Below are positions 28,356-37,337 of a stretch of DNA of 57,456 nucleotides, one piece after another (within the stretch, counting starts at the first letter, position 1; the number at the start of each line of letters is the position of its first letter). This stretch comes from an uncultured Arcobacteraceae bacterium. GTDB taxonomy: Bacteria; Campylobacterota; Campylobacteria; Campylobacterales; Arcobacteraceae. The position numbers and the translations under genes are program-made. The notes beneath the pieces were generated by a model. It worked only from the letters and a program-made list of their open reading frames with translations. It was not told the origin of the DNA and made no database searches. The stretch lies in assembly GCA_964022095.1 (NCBI GenBank), contig CAXHZO010000014.1:1-57456 (forward strand), read 5' to 3'.

Positions 28356-28853
28356 ATGAATATAAAAATTATTTTTTTATCTTTAATATTATTTACAAAT
28401 ATCTTTGCTGCGAACTTTAATGCGAACAAACTAACGCAAGAAGATATTCATAAACTAAAAGTTATTAAAGAACTTGGTCAAAAGCATGGACTAAGCTACA
28501 GCTTAATGGCTATTGCAATTAAAGAATCATCATTAGGTAAATACCTAATTAACGTAGATAGTAAAGATTATGGAATATTCCAAGCAAATATTAAAACAGT
28601 ACTATCTAGACAAAAAGCAAAAAACACATCATGGAACAGAAATAAGTATGCAATGAGACTTGTTTCAGATCTAAAGTTTGCTACAAAAAATGCAATTGCA
28701 GAACTAACTTACTGGAAAAAAATACACAAAAATGACTGGAAAAAGGTATGGAGTAGTTATAATGGTGGATGGAAATACAATTCAAAAAGAGCTAGAAACT
28801 ATTCAAGAGACATCGCAAAAATCATTAGAGAACTAAAAAAAGTAAAAGTTTAA
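28356..28853 (+). CDS. Secreted SLT-domain lytic transglycosylase-like protein
   Basis: Signal peptide; AIAIKESS (catalytic Glu), DYGIFQ, SSYNGG. Confidence 0.8.
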   Translation: MNIKIIFLSLILFTNIFAANFNANKLTQEDIHKLKVIKELGQKHGLSYSLMAIAIKESSLGKYLINVDSKDYGIFQANIKTVLSRQKAKNTSWNRNKYAMRLVSDLKFATKNAIAELTYWKKIHKNDWKKVWSSYNGGWKYNSKRARNYSRDIAKIIRELKKVKV

Positions 28854-28871
28854 ACTTACAAAATCTACACT

Positions 28872-28893
28872 GAAAGCTAAATCTTTAGCTTTC
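28872..28893 (+). terminator. Hairpin after the SLT gene
   Basis: GAAAGCTAAA-TC-TTTAGCTTTC inverted repeat. Confidence 0.6.
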
Positions 28894-28969
28894 GCCCTCC
28901 CAAAAAATTTATTTTCACAATTATTTTTCAAGAATAAAGATTTAAAATACTTTTGTACTCTATTTTAAT

Positions 28970-28984
28970 TGATAACTATTATCA
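28970..28984. promoter_or_regulatory. Fur box
   Basis: TGATAAC-T-ATTATCA, 13/14 match to the 7-1-7 consensus TGATAAT-N-ATTATCA. Confidence 0.8.
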
Positions 28985-29021
28985 GTATTAATATTAATTT
29001 AAGATTATATGTGTAGAATTA

Positions 29022-29036
29022 CAATAATGATTATCA
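29022..29036. promoter_or_regulatory. Second Fur box, just downstream of a TAGAAT -10 element (29014-29019)
   Basis: CAATAAT-G-ATTATCA, 12/14 match to the consensus. Confidence 0.75.
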
Positions 29037-29052
29037 ATATAAAGGATAGAAA

Positions 29053-29115
29053 ATGAATGATTTTAAAATTGAAAATAAAGAGCAACTTGTTAAACCAAGT
29101 GGTTGTACTTGTTAA
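29053..29115 (+). CDS. Putative 20-aa peptide MNDFKIENKEQLVKPSGCTC (not in ORF track)
   Basis: AAAGGA RBS upstream; its TAA stop forms part of the TAAGGA RBS of the next gene. Confidence 0.6.
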   Translation: MNDFKIENKEQLVKPSGCTC

Positions 29116-29124
29116 GGAATTACT

Positions 29125-29460
29125 ATGAGTGTATTAGTAATTGGTGGAGATAAAATTTCACATATTTCAAATGTATTAAAAGATCTAGGTGCAAGTACAA
29201 TAAATCATTGGGATGCAAGAAAAAAATCTTCTGCACCAAAGAAAAAAGTTCCTTTGGATACAGATTGTATTGTAATGTTAACATCATTTTTAAATCATAA
29301 TACTATGCTTAAATATAAAAATGAAGCAAAAAAAAGAAATATTCCTTTTGTATGTGCAAAAAGATCAGTATCTTGTGTATATGATGAATATATCAAGGTA
29401 ATGGGCATTGATAATTGTGAACAGTGTTATGCAGACTGTAAGGAGAATAAAAATGTTTAA
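29125..29460 (+). CDS. DUF2325 domain protein with Cys-rich tail
   Basis: MSVLVIGGD, HWDAR, D.IVMLTSFLNHN, AKKRNIPFVCAKRS; tail CEQCYADC. Confidence 0.85.
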   Translation: MSVLVIGGDKISHISNVLKDLGASTINHWDARKKSSAPKKKVPLDTDCIVMLTSFLNHNTMLKYKNEAKKRNIPFVCAKRSVSCVYDEYIKVMGIDNCEQCYADCKENKNV

Positions 29461-30220
29461 CCAATTAGATAGCTTTATAGGATTTGAAAATAACAATGAA
29501 TACTTACCAAATCTATTTGATAAATTTGATTCAAAACAAAAATTAAGGCAACTGTTTTTACATATGAGTAATATCATACTAAAAGGTACTTATTTTAATA
29601 AATATGAACAAAACTATTTAAGTAAATATAGTCTAAAACAAGCTTTTGAGTATAAAATAAAAAAAGATTTGAATCAAATTTTTGTTAAGAGAAAAAAAGA
29701 AAATTCAAAAGTTTTTAATTTTTGTAAAAGTTCTACATTAGTTATAAATTCATATTTAAAACAATCAAAAAAAGATTTTTATTTCCCAAAAAATTGTAAA
29801 TTAAAAATAGCAAGTTTTATTAATACTTGTTATATAAATGGTAATTTCAAACTTATAATGGATAAAGATTTAGTTTTTCATGAGTTTGTATTAAAAAAAA
29901 TAAAAAAACTTCATTTAGATAAAGAAGTAATAGATTTAGGAAATGCAATATGTATTAAAGACGATAATTTCCATGGAGTTAAAATATTTACATCATGGAA
30001 AGATATAAAAGTTGATAAGCCAGATATAAAAAATGAACTTGAAAGTGCAGTTAAATCTATAAAAAAAGGTGAATATTATCAAGTTTACTTAGCATATCCC
30101 AAAAATGATACATTTACTAAACATATACCAATATATGTAGATGAATTACAAAACCATGAATATCAAATAAAAGCAATACCTTATTCATTAAGGTCAATAA
30201 TAAAAACAAATAGGAGTTAA
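29453..30220 (+). CDS. Hypothetical protein, possibly a degenerate McrC-like fold
   Basis: ATG 29453 behind AAGGAG; overlaps the DUF2325 stop. Confidence 0.7.
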   Translation: MFNQLDSFIGFENNNEYLPNLFDKFDSKQKLRQLFLHMSNIILKGTYFNKYEQNYLSKYSLKQAFEYKIKKDLNQIFVKRKKENSKVFNFCKSSTLVINSYLKQSKKDFYFPKNCKLKIASFINTCYINGNFKLIMDKDLVFHEFVLKKIKKLHLDKEVIDLGNAICIKDDNFHGVKIFTSWKDIKVDKPDIKNELESAVKSIKKGEYYQVYLAYPKNDTFTKHIPIYVDELQNHEYQIKAIPYSLRSIIKTNRS

Positions 30221-30224
30221 GAAA

Positions 30225-30722
30225 ATGAGTACAGCAATATTTTTTGCAACAAACACAGGAAATACAGAAGAAATAGCTACTAAAATAAGTGAAGAACTTA
30301 ACAACATTGAAGTGTTTGATTTAAGTAGTATTGATGCACAAAAAATGAATGACTATGATAAATTAATCATTGGTGGTTCAACTTGGGGTGATGGTGAATT
30401 AAATGATGATTGGGAAGATTCTTGGAATAAGTTTGAAGAAGTAAATCTAAATAATAAAATAGTTGCTCTATTTGGCTTAGGAGATCAAGAGAGTTACAGT
30501 GATGAGTTTTGTAGTGCTATGGGAATTATTTATGAGCATATCAAAAATACCAATGCAAAAGTAGTTGGGTTTACATCAACTGATGGTTATTTTCATGATG
30601 AATCAAAAGCTCAAATTGGTAATGAGTTTGTAGGTTTAGTAATTGATGAAGATAATCAAAGTGAATTAACAGATGATAGAATAAAAACTTGGGTAGATAA
30701 TATTAAAAATGAAATAATTTGA
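30225..30722 (+). CDS. fldA: Long-chain flavodoxin
   Basis: TNTGNTE, STWGDGE, FGLGDQ, GLVIDEDNQ. Confidence 0.95.
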   Translation: MSTAIFFATNTGNTEEIATKISEELNNIEVFDLSSIDAQKMNDYDKLIIGGSTWGDGELNDDWEDSWNKFEEVNLNNKIVALFGLGDQESYSDEFCSAMGIIYEHIKNTNAKVVGFTSTDGYFHDESKAQIGNEFVGLVIDEDNQSELTDDRIKTWVDNIKNEII

Positions 30723-30730
30723 TTAACAAT

Positions 30731-30757
30731 GTATATTAAGATTTTTTCTTAATATAC
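30731..30757. terminator. Bidirectional terminator between fldA and fur
   Basis: GTATATTAAGA-TTTTT-TCTTAATATAC. Confidence 0.8.
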
Positions 30758-31191
30758 TATTGACAATCTTCACACACTCCATAAAGTTGCATAGAGTGAC
30801 TAGTGATTTTAAACTTATTTTTCTTTGCAATTCTATCTTGTCTTTTTTCAATCTCTTCGTCTAAAAACTCAACTATTTTTCCACAACTTGTACAAATCAA
30901 GTGATCATGATGAGACTTAGAGTTACTTTCATATTTTTTACCATCTGTTCCAAATGCGATTGAAGTAATTAAATCTACTTCTTCTAAAAAACTAAGTGCT
31001 CTATAAACAGTAGCAATACCTATATTTGTATCTGGAAACTTCTCTTTAATTCTATTGTAAACATCTTCAGCTGTTAAATGATCTTCAGCATTTAATAAAA
31101 TATTCAAAACAATCTCTCTTTGTTCTGTATATTTTAGTCCCTTTTGCTTTACAATCTTTTTTAGCTCTTCTATAGCATCTTCTGTGTTCAT
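30757..31191 (-). CDS. fur: Ferric uptake regulator (Fur family)
   Basis: GLKYTEQR, HLTAE, IATVYR, HHDHLICTSCG, CEDC; flanked by feoAB and flavodoxin. Confidence 0.9.
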   Translation of the reverse strand: MNTEDAIEELKKIVKQKGLKYTEQREIVLNILLNAEDHLTAEDVYNRIKEKFPDTNIGIATVYRALSFLEEVDLITSIAFGTDGKKYESNSKSHHDHLICTSCGKIVEFLDEEIEKRQDRIAKKNKFKITSHSMQLYGVCEDCQ

Positions 31192-31319
31192 ATATTAAAT
31201 CTCGCCTTTAAAATTTATAATTAATAGTATAGCTAAAGTTTTTGAAAAGTTCAAAATAGAATTATTTAATTAACTTATATATTGATATCCATCAAGTCAT
31301 TTAAAGCAAAAGTATATTA

Positions 31320-31334
31320 TAATAATGATTATTA
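31320..31334. promoter_or_regulatory. Fur box overlapping the feoA -10 element
   Basis: Perfect 7-1-7 palindrome TAATAAT-G-ATTATTA overlapping TATAAT (31318-31323). Confidence 0.8.
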
Positions 31335-31349
31335 GTTATAAGGAATTAA

Positions 31350-31571
31350 ATGACTCTTGATGAGCTTAACAGAAGTGAAATAGCCACAATAAAATCAATT
31401 AATTGTGATTCAGTATTAAAAAATAGATTCTACTCTTTAGGAATAGTAAAAGGCGCTACTATAAAAATTGAAGAAGTGACTTTTTCGAAAAGTACCATTG
31501 AAATAAATATAAATGGCTCAAAGTTTGCATTAAGATTTACAGAAGCAAATAAAATAGAAGTAGAAAAATGA
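31350..31571 (+). CDS. feoA: Ferrous iron transport protein A
   Basis: RFYSLGIVKG, FALRFTEA..IEV; upstream of feoB. Confidence 0.92.
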   Translation: MTLDELNRSEIATIKSINCDSVLKNRFYSLGIVKGATIKIEEVTFSKSTIEININGSKFALRFTEANKIEVEK

Positions 31572-33673
31572 GTAGACAAGTTATAAAAATAGCCCTCGTT
31601 GGACAGCCAAATGTTGGGAAGTCTATGCTTATTAATTCTATTTCAAATGCTAAACTAAAAGTTGGTAATTTTTCTGGAGTTACTGTAGCAAAAGAAGAAG
31701 TCTTTTTAGAATACAAAGATTACAAATTTGAAATCACTGATTTACCAGGATCTTACTCTTTAAACAACTATACACTTGAAGAAAAGGTAACAAAAAACTT
31801 TTTAGATAATTCTCCATATGATATTATTTTAAATGTAATTGATTCTACTAAACTAGAAAGAAACTTATATCTTACAAGCGAACTATTAGCCTTAGATAAA
31901 AAAATGGTTATTGCTTTAAATATGATTGATGAAGCTATAAATGAGTCAATTAATATTGATGAAAAACAATTAAGTAAGATTCTAGGAAAACCTTGTGTTA
32001 AGACAAGTGCGGCTAAGCATATTGGTATTACTGAGCTTTTAGATGAACTTGTTAATAAGTTCGAATCTAAAAAACTTCCAACTAAATTAATTTTTTCAGA
32101 TGTAATTGAAGAAGAGATAATAAATATCAAAAATATTTTAGAAGAGAATTCTTTCAATTCAAATCAAACATATAGACAACTAGCTATTAAAATATTAAAA
32201 GAAGACCAAGAAACTTATAAACTTTTCCATGATCATCCTGTTTGGATAAAACTACAACCTATTGTAAGTGAAGCATTTGAGCATATTGCACTTCACTATA
32301 ACACTAAAAACATGGAAGATATTTTCAACGAAGAAAAGCACTCTTTTTCAAAGGGTGCAGTTATGGAAACTGTAAAAACTAAAATTCTAAATACAAAAAG
32401 TTTAACAGATAAAATTGACTCAATATTAATACATAATATTTTTGGTATACCAATTTTTCTATTTTTAATGTGGGGATTATTTCAACTTACTTTTGAAGTT
32501 GGGAATATTCCCATGGATTTAATTGATGCATTCTTTGCAAGCTTAATTGACAATACAAAAAATATTTTAGGCAATAGCGAACTTAGTTCTATGATTGCAG
32601 ATGGAGCAATAGCAGGTGTTGGCTCTGTAATTTTATTTTTACCAAATATTGTCATACTATTTATTGGAATTGCCTTACTAGAAACCACTGGATATATGAG
32701 TAGAGTAGCATTCTTATTAGATGGATTTTTTCATAAGTTTGGTCTTCATGGAAAATCCTTTATACCTTTAGTTACAGGGTTTGGATGTTCAGTTCCTGCT
32801 TATATGGCAGCAAGGACCCTTAAAAATGAAAAAGATAGACTACTAACACTATTTATTATTGGATTTATGTCTTGTGGAGCTAGATTACCTATTTATGTAC
32901 TATTTGTAGGAGCTTTCTTTAAAGATGAAAATGCTGGTAATTTACTATTCTTAATCTATATCTCTGGTGCAATTTTAGGATTATTTGCAGCAAAAGTTTT
33001 AAAAATTATTGTATTTAAAAGTGAAGATGAACCATTTGTAATGGAAATGCCAAAATATAGAATGCCATCATTTAAACTTGTTTGGCATACAGTTTCAAAT
33101 CAAGCATTAATGTATCTAAAAAAAGCAGGTACTTATATATTAGGTGCATCACTTTTAATATGGTTTGCATCAAACTATCCAAAACATTTTGAATATGAAG
33201 ATATGATCAATAAAAAAATAGAAATGACTTCAAATAAAGAAGAGAAATCAAATTTATCTAATCAATTAGCACAATATAATTTAGAAAACTCATATTTAGG
33301 AATTATTGGAAAAGCTACAGAACCATTATTTTCACCATTAGGCTTTGATTGGAAAATGACAGTAGCACTTGAAACAGGACTTGCAGCAAAAGAGATTGTT
33401 GTTTCTACTTTAGGGATTTTATATGGTTTAGGTCAAGAAAATGACGAACAAAGTCAAGGCTTAATAGAAAAAATAAGAAGTAACATACCTCTTGCATCTG
33501 CTGTATCATTTATAGTATTTGTTATGATTTATCTACCTTGTTTAGCAGCATCAATGGTATTTGTAAAAGAAGCAGGAAGTTGGAAATACTTAGGATATCT
33601 ATTTGTATTTACAACTACAACTGCATGGGTACTATCATTTATTGCTTATAATGTAGTAAAGTTGTTAATATAA
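31568..33673 (+). CDS. feoB: Ferrous iron transporter B
   Basis: GQPNVGKS, VGNFSGVTV, DLPG, NMID, GFGCSVPA, CGARLP, YLPC. Confidence 0.98.
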   Translation: MSRQVIKIALVGQPNVGKSMLINSISNAKLKVGNFSGVTVAKEEVFLEYKDYKFEITDLPGSYSLNNYTLEEKVTKNFLDNSPYDIILNVIDSTKLERNLYLTSELLALDKKMVIALNMIDEAINESINIDEKQLSKILGKPCVKTSAAKHIGITELLDELVNKFESKKLPTKLIFSDVIEEEIINIKNILEENSFNSNQTYRQLAIKILKEDQETYKLFHDHPVWIKLQPIVSEAFEHIALHYNTKNMEDIFNEEKHSFSKGAVMETVKTKILNTKSLTDKIDSILIHNIFGIPIFLFLMWGLFQLTFEVGNIPMDLIDAFFASLIDNTKNILGNSELSSMIADGAIAGVGSVILFLPNIVILFIGIALLETTGYMSRVAFLLDGFFHKFGLHGKSFIPLVTGFGCSVPAYMAARTLKNEKDRLLTLFIIGFMSCGARLPIYVLFVGAFFKDENAGNLLFLIYISGAILGLFAAKVLKIIVFKSEDEPFVMEMPKYRMPSFKLVWHTVSNQALMYLKKAGTYILGASLLIWFASNYPKHFEYEDMINKKIEMTSNKEEKSNLSNQLAQYNLENSYLGIIGKATEPLFSPLGFDWKMTVALETGLAAKEIVVSTLGILYGLGQENDEQSQGLIEKIRSNIPLASAVSFIVFVMIYLPCLAASMVFVKEAGSWKYLGYLFVFTTTTAWVLSFIAYNVVKLLI

Positions 33674-33676
33674 AAA

Positions 33677-34054
33677 TTACTTCAACTCAAATTGAGTTGA
33701 GTAACTTTTGTCATCTAAAGTTACCTTAAACGTCCAAAGACCTGGCTCTCTTCCTTTAATATATCTATAATCATAAATCGAACCATGTCCAGCAGGAATT
33801 ATCATATTTCTTTGTCTTGATAACTCATTATTAGGATCTATCCATTCAACAATTATTTGCTTATCTTCAATATTCCTTGTGGCTTCAAATTTACAAATAA
33901 TTGAGTTTTCATCTTCTAAAATAAGACAATCTACATTAGGTTCAATTTCCTCATAAACTTCAATATCTTCTTGAATATCATTATTAGTTAACTCTTCTTC
34001 AGCACTAACTACAGATATAATTAAAAAAAAAGTTAAAAAAATTGTTTTAATCAT
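33677..34054 (-). CDS. Hypothetical secreted protein (beta-rich)
   Basis: Signal peptide from ATG 34054, acidic linker, Cys pair, W.DP and PGLWTFKV. Confidence 0.7.
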   Translation of the reverse strand: MIKTIFLTFFLIISVVSAEEELTNNDIQEDIEVYEEIEPNVDCLILEDENSIICKFEATRNIEDKQIIVEWIDPNNELSRQRNMIIPAGHGSIYDYRYIKGREPGLWTFKVTLDDKSYSTQFELK

Positions 34055-34277
34055 TTTTATTTTCACTTTCTAATTCATCAATATTCATATATTTTATTAA
34101 TATATATTTTATTGGAGCATAAAATGTTGTCATAGATACAATAGCTATAATTAATTGAGCTACCTGAAATAGCCCACTATCTTTATCTAAAACTAACATA
34201 ACTAAATAATTACTTAATACATAAGATATTATAGCACAAATAAGTACTGAGATAATTACAACTAAATTATAACTCAT
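34047..34277 (-). CDS. Hypothetical membrane protein (2 TM)
   Basis: Two hydrophobic segments; overlaps both neighbouring genes. Confidence 0.7.
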   Translation of the reverse strand: MSYNLVVIISVLICAIISYVLSNYLVMLVLDKDSGLFQVAQLIIAIVSMTTFYAPIKYILIKYMNIDELESENKND

Positions 34278-35004
34278 AGCTTTCCCATATTGGCTCTTCT
34301 TCTAAAGATGCTCTATTTTTTAAAACTTCAAAGGGATTATAAGATTCTTTATATCCCATTGAAAAATGATCTTTAATCCAATATCCCAAATATATATAAG
34401 GAACTTTCATCTCTTTTGCAATTTTTATTTGGGCTAAAACTGAAAATTTACCAATTGATAAATCTTGATAATCATGATCATAATAGCAATAAATAGCTGA
34501 AATTGAGTTTGGTAACACATCAACTAAAGCAACACCAATTAGCTTTTCATCTCTTACGTATAAAAACTCTTTTGCATACTCTTCTTTTGCGTCAACATAA
34601 GATCTAATATAATCATTTGGCTCAATAGGAGCATAGGGCCACTGTTTTTTTTCATTCATAAATTTATGATATTTATCGTATAAATTTAAGTGCTCCATAG
34701 TAACAGAAGGGGGTCTTATATAAAGTTTTGTATCTTTATTTTTTGCAATAACTCTTTTTTCTGATTTTGAGAATTTGTAGTTCTCAACATCAATTCGCAT
34801 AGAAACACACTTTGTACAAGTTTTACACTCTGGCACAAAATGCATTTTACCAAATCTTCTCCAACCTCTCTCTAACATAAGTTGATATTGTGAAGTAGCG
34901 CATGTATGAAGATATCTATATCTTATATCAGATATTTTATTATCAAAGTAAGAGCACTCTCTGCCCTCTTCTACAAACTCTACATCACGATTTAATATAT
35001 GCAT
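34267..35004 (-). CDS. ATE1-like aminoacyl transferase (bacterial Bpt, Asp/Glu leucyltransferase)
   Basis: CSY, GWRRFG, P.C..C..C, SAIYCYYD, YLGYWI, M.YK. Confidence 0.9.
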   Translation of the reverse strand: MHILNRDVEFVEEGRECSYFDNKISDIRYRYLHTCATSQYQLMLERGWRRFGKMHFVPECKTCTKCVSMRIDVENYKFSKSEKRVIAKNKDTKLYIRPPSVTMEHLNLYDKYHKFMNEKKQWPYAPIEPNDYIRSYVDAKEEYAKEFLYVRDEKLIGVALVDVLPNSISAIYCYYDHDYQDLSIGKFSVLAQIKIAKEMKVPYIYLGYWIKDHFSMGYKESYNPFEVLKNRASLEEEPIWESYEL

Positions 35005-35007
35005 TTT

Positions 35008-35763
35008 TTATTCGTTTATTTTTTCTTTTATCTCTTTTGCAATAGCAGTAATTTTAGTAATTTTTTCACTATTTGATAAACTATCATCAATTAAATGTTT
35101 AACAAAAGCACTACCAACAATTACTCCATCAACACCTTTTACTTTTTCTTTACATGTGTTTTGATCAACACCAAAACCAATATATAAAGGAGTAGAAGTA
35201 TATTTTCTTACACTATCAATTACCTTTGATAAATCTTCACTTTGTCCACTACCAGTAATACCTGCATATGCAACCATGTAAATAAATTTTTCAGCATTTT
35301 GAGTAACTTCTTTGATTCTCTCTTCACTATGTGTGGGAGCTACAAAAGATACATTTACTTTGTTATACTTTTCATATAAACTTTGTAAATCTTGAGCCAT
35401 TTCAAAAGGTACATCTGGGATTATAGTTCCTTTAATACCAAATTCATCTGCTTTTTGTAAAAATTTTTCTACACCATAATGATAAAATGGGTTCATATAT
35501 CCCATCCATAAAGTATCAATATCTTTTCCAATTTTTGAAGATACTTCAAATAAATCATTTAATTTAAACCCGTTATTCAGTGCAACTAAATTTGCTTTTT
35601 CAATAACTGGACCATCTGCAACTGGATCAGAAAAAGGAATTCCTAATTCTAAAGTATCAACACCAGCATCTTTCATATTGTATGCTAAATCTATGCTAAA
35701 TTCATTATCTGGTATTGATGAAGTAATATAACCTACTAATTTTTTTTCAATATTTTCACTCAT
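35008..35763 (-). CDS. trpA: Tryptophan synthase alpha chain
   Basis: LELGIPFSDPVADGPVI, MGYMNP, GITG, GFGV, DGVIVGSA. Confidence 0.97.
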   Translation of the reverse strand: MSENIEKKLVGYITSSIPDNEFSIDLAYNMKDAGVDTLELGIPFSDPVADGPVIEKANLVALNNGFKLNDLFEVSSKIGKDIDTLWMGYMNPFYHYGVEKFLQKADEFGIKGTIIPDVPFEMAQDLQSLYEKYNKVNVSFVAPTHSEERIKEVTQNAEKFIYMVAYAGITGSGQSEDLSKVIDSVRKYTSTPLYIGFGVDQNTCKEKVKGVDGVIVGSAFVKHLIDDSLSNSEKITKITAIAKEIKEKINE

Positions 35764-35820
35764 TCAAATATTTCCTATTTATATAATTGGATAAATTTTA
35801 TCTAAAATGTACTTTTAATT

Positions 35821-37230
35821 TTATTGTTCTTTCTTATCATTTTTTTTATTTTTCTTCTTTAAAGATAAAAAATGATTAAATACTCTTCTTAAGTTAATAA
35901 AAAATCTTGTTGTATATGTAGCTTCAGAGTTATTAATCTCATCACCTAATTTTACATTAATTGCATCAGATTTTTTCATATTAAGAACTTGAGAAGGGAA
36001 AACACTTCTATGCCCTGTCATTAAAAATGCAATAATAATTGATATGGCTGCATAATGAGCCACTTCCATTCCAAACAATTCAACGGACATTATCATTGCA
36101 GCAATTGGAGCACTTGTTGCACCTGCTAGGACACTAACAAAACCAATTGCAGCAAATAATGGAATATATCCATTAACTAAATCACCAAAAAAGTTACCAC
36201 TTGCAGCACCCACATAAAATACAGGAGTAATAACTCCCCCACTACCACCAAAACCTAAAGTAAGAGATGTATAAATAGTCTTTAAAATAAATGCATACCA
36301 AGGTATATTTTCATGTATTAATTCATCAGAAGACAATGCATCTTTTATTGTATTAAAACCTAAACCTAAATACTCTTGACCAACAATCATTGTTAGTATT
36401 ACTAATAAGCACCCACCTAAAAAAGCTTTTAATATATAATTTAATTTTATTGAATCAATAAAAGAATGTGTAGTTCTTAAAGTTGTGATAATAAAATCAG
36501 CAACTAGTCCAAAAAATATTCCTCCTAAAACAACTTTTGCTATTAATACATAATTAAAATCTAAATTTGAATAAAATGCAATATAAAAATAGTGATAATC
36601 TATACCAAACATTTGAGCTACAAAATATGCAGAGAATCCTGCAACAATTGAGGGTAATAAAATATCATACATCAATGCACCTACAATAAGTATTTCAACG
36701 CCAAAGATTGCTCCAGCTAATGGTGTTCCAAATACAGATGCAAATCCTGCACTGATACCACAAATTACAATTTTTCTTCTATCTTTATTTGAAAATCTAA
36801 GTTTTGTTGCAATAAATGATGCAGTAGCTGCACCTATTTGAGCTCCTGGTCCTTCTTTACCAACTGAACCTCCTGAAAAGATTGTAATAATCGTTGCTAC
36901 TAATTTAACAGGTATTACTTTTATATCTATTTTCCCAGAGTTTTTATGAATTGCTTCTATAACTTTTTCTGTTCCATGACCTTGAGCACTTGGTGCAAAC
37001 TTTTTAACAATAAACACAGTAAATGCTAAAGCAAAAGGTAGTGTGTAATAATAATCAAAAGGAAGTAAATCCCTTGAAGATTCACAATACTCAAGTAACT
37101 TTAAAAAAAGTGATACAACAGTACCAATTAAAGCTCCAATAATTGAAGATAGAATTATCCATTTTGTAATACTTGCAAATAGTATTGACTGTTCGGCTAG
37201 ATGTTTTTGAATATCTGAGTTTTTTTTCAT
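35821..37230 (-). CDS. ClC-family channel/transporter
   Basis: GSVGKEGP, FGTPLAGAIFGVE, GGSGGVITP; many TM helices; no CBS domain. Confidence 0.92.
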   Translation of the reverse strand: MKKNSDIQKHLAEQSILFASITKWIILSSIIGALIGTVVSLFLKLLEYCESSRDLLPFDYYYTLPFALAFTVFIVKKFAPSAQGHGTEKVIEAIHKNSGKIDIKVIPVKLVATIITIFSGGSVGKEGPGAQIGAATASFIATKLRFSNKDRRKIVICGISAGFASVFGTPLAGAIFGVEILIVGALMYDILLPSIVAGFSAYFVAQMFGIDYHYFYIAFYSNLDFNYVLIAKVVLGGIFFGLVADFIITTLRTTHSFIDSIKLNYILKAFLGGCLLVILTMIVGQEYLGLGFNTIKDALSSDELIHENIPWYAFILKTIYTSLTLGFGGSGGVITPVFYVGAASGNFFGDLVNGYIPLFAAIGFVSVLAGATSAPIAAMIMSVELFGMEVAHYAAISIIIAFLMTGHRSVFPSQVLNMKKSDAINVKLGDEINNSEATYTTRFFINLRRVFNHFLSLKKKNKKNDKKEQ

Positions 37231-37283
37231 TTTTATACTTTGTGAGAGAGAAGTTTCTTAAAATGTATTCTAACAAATAATAG

Positions 37284-37312
37284 TTTTAGCATAACTTCAA
37301 GTTATGCTAAAA
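37284..37312. terminator. Perfect inverted repeat downstream of eda (terminator or operator)
   Basis: TTTTAGCATAACTT-C-AAGTTATGCTAAAA, 14-bp arms. Confidence 0.6.
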
Positions 37313-37337
37313 TTGTAAAAAAATTTAAAAAAAATTA

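Noticed and set aside
29053-29115. 20-aa Cys peptide as a RiPP precursor
   Set aside because: No radical SAM, YcaO, LanM or other maturase, peptidase or exporter is nearby.
35008-35763. trpA without an adjacent trpB (and proA without proB)
   Set aside because: Scattered biosynthetic genes are common in Campylobacterota and not notable.
37091-37276. 61-aa same-strand ORF overlapping the ClC start
   Set aside because: It is an out-of-frame overlap with no RBS or motif support.
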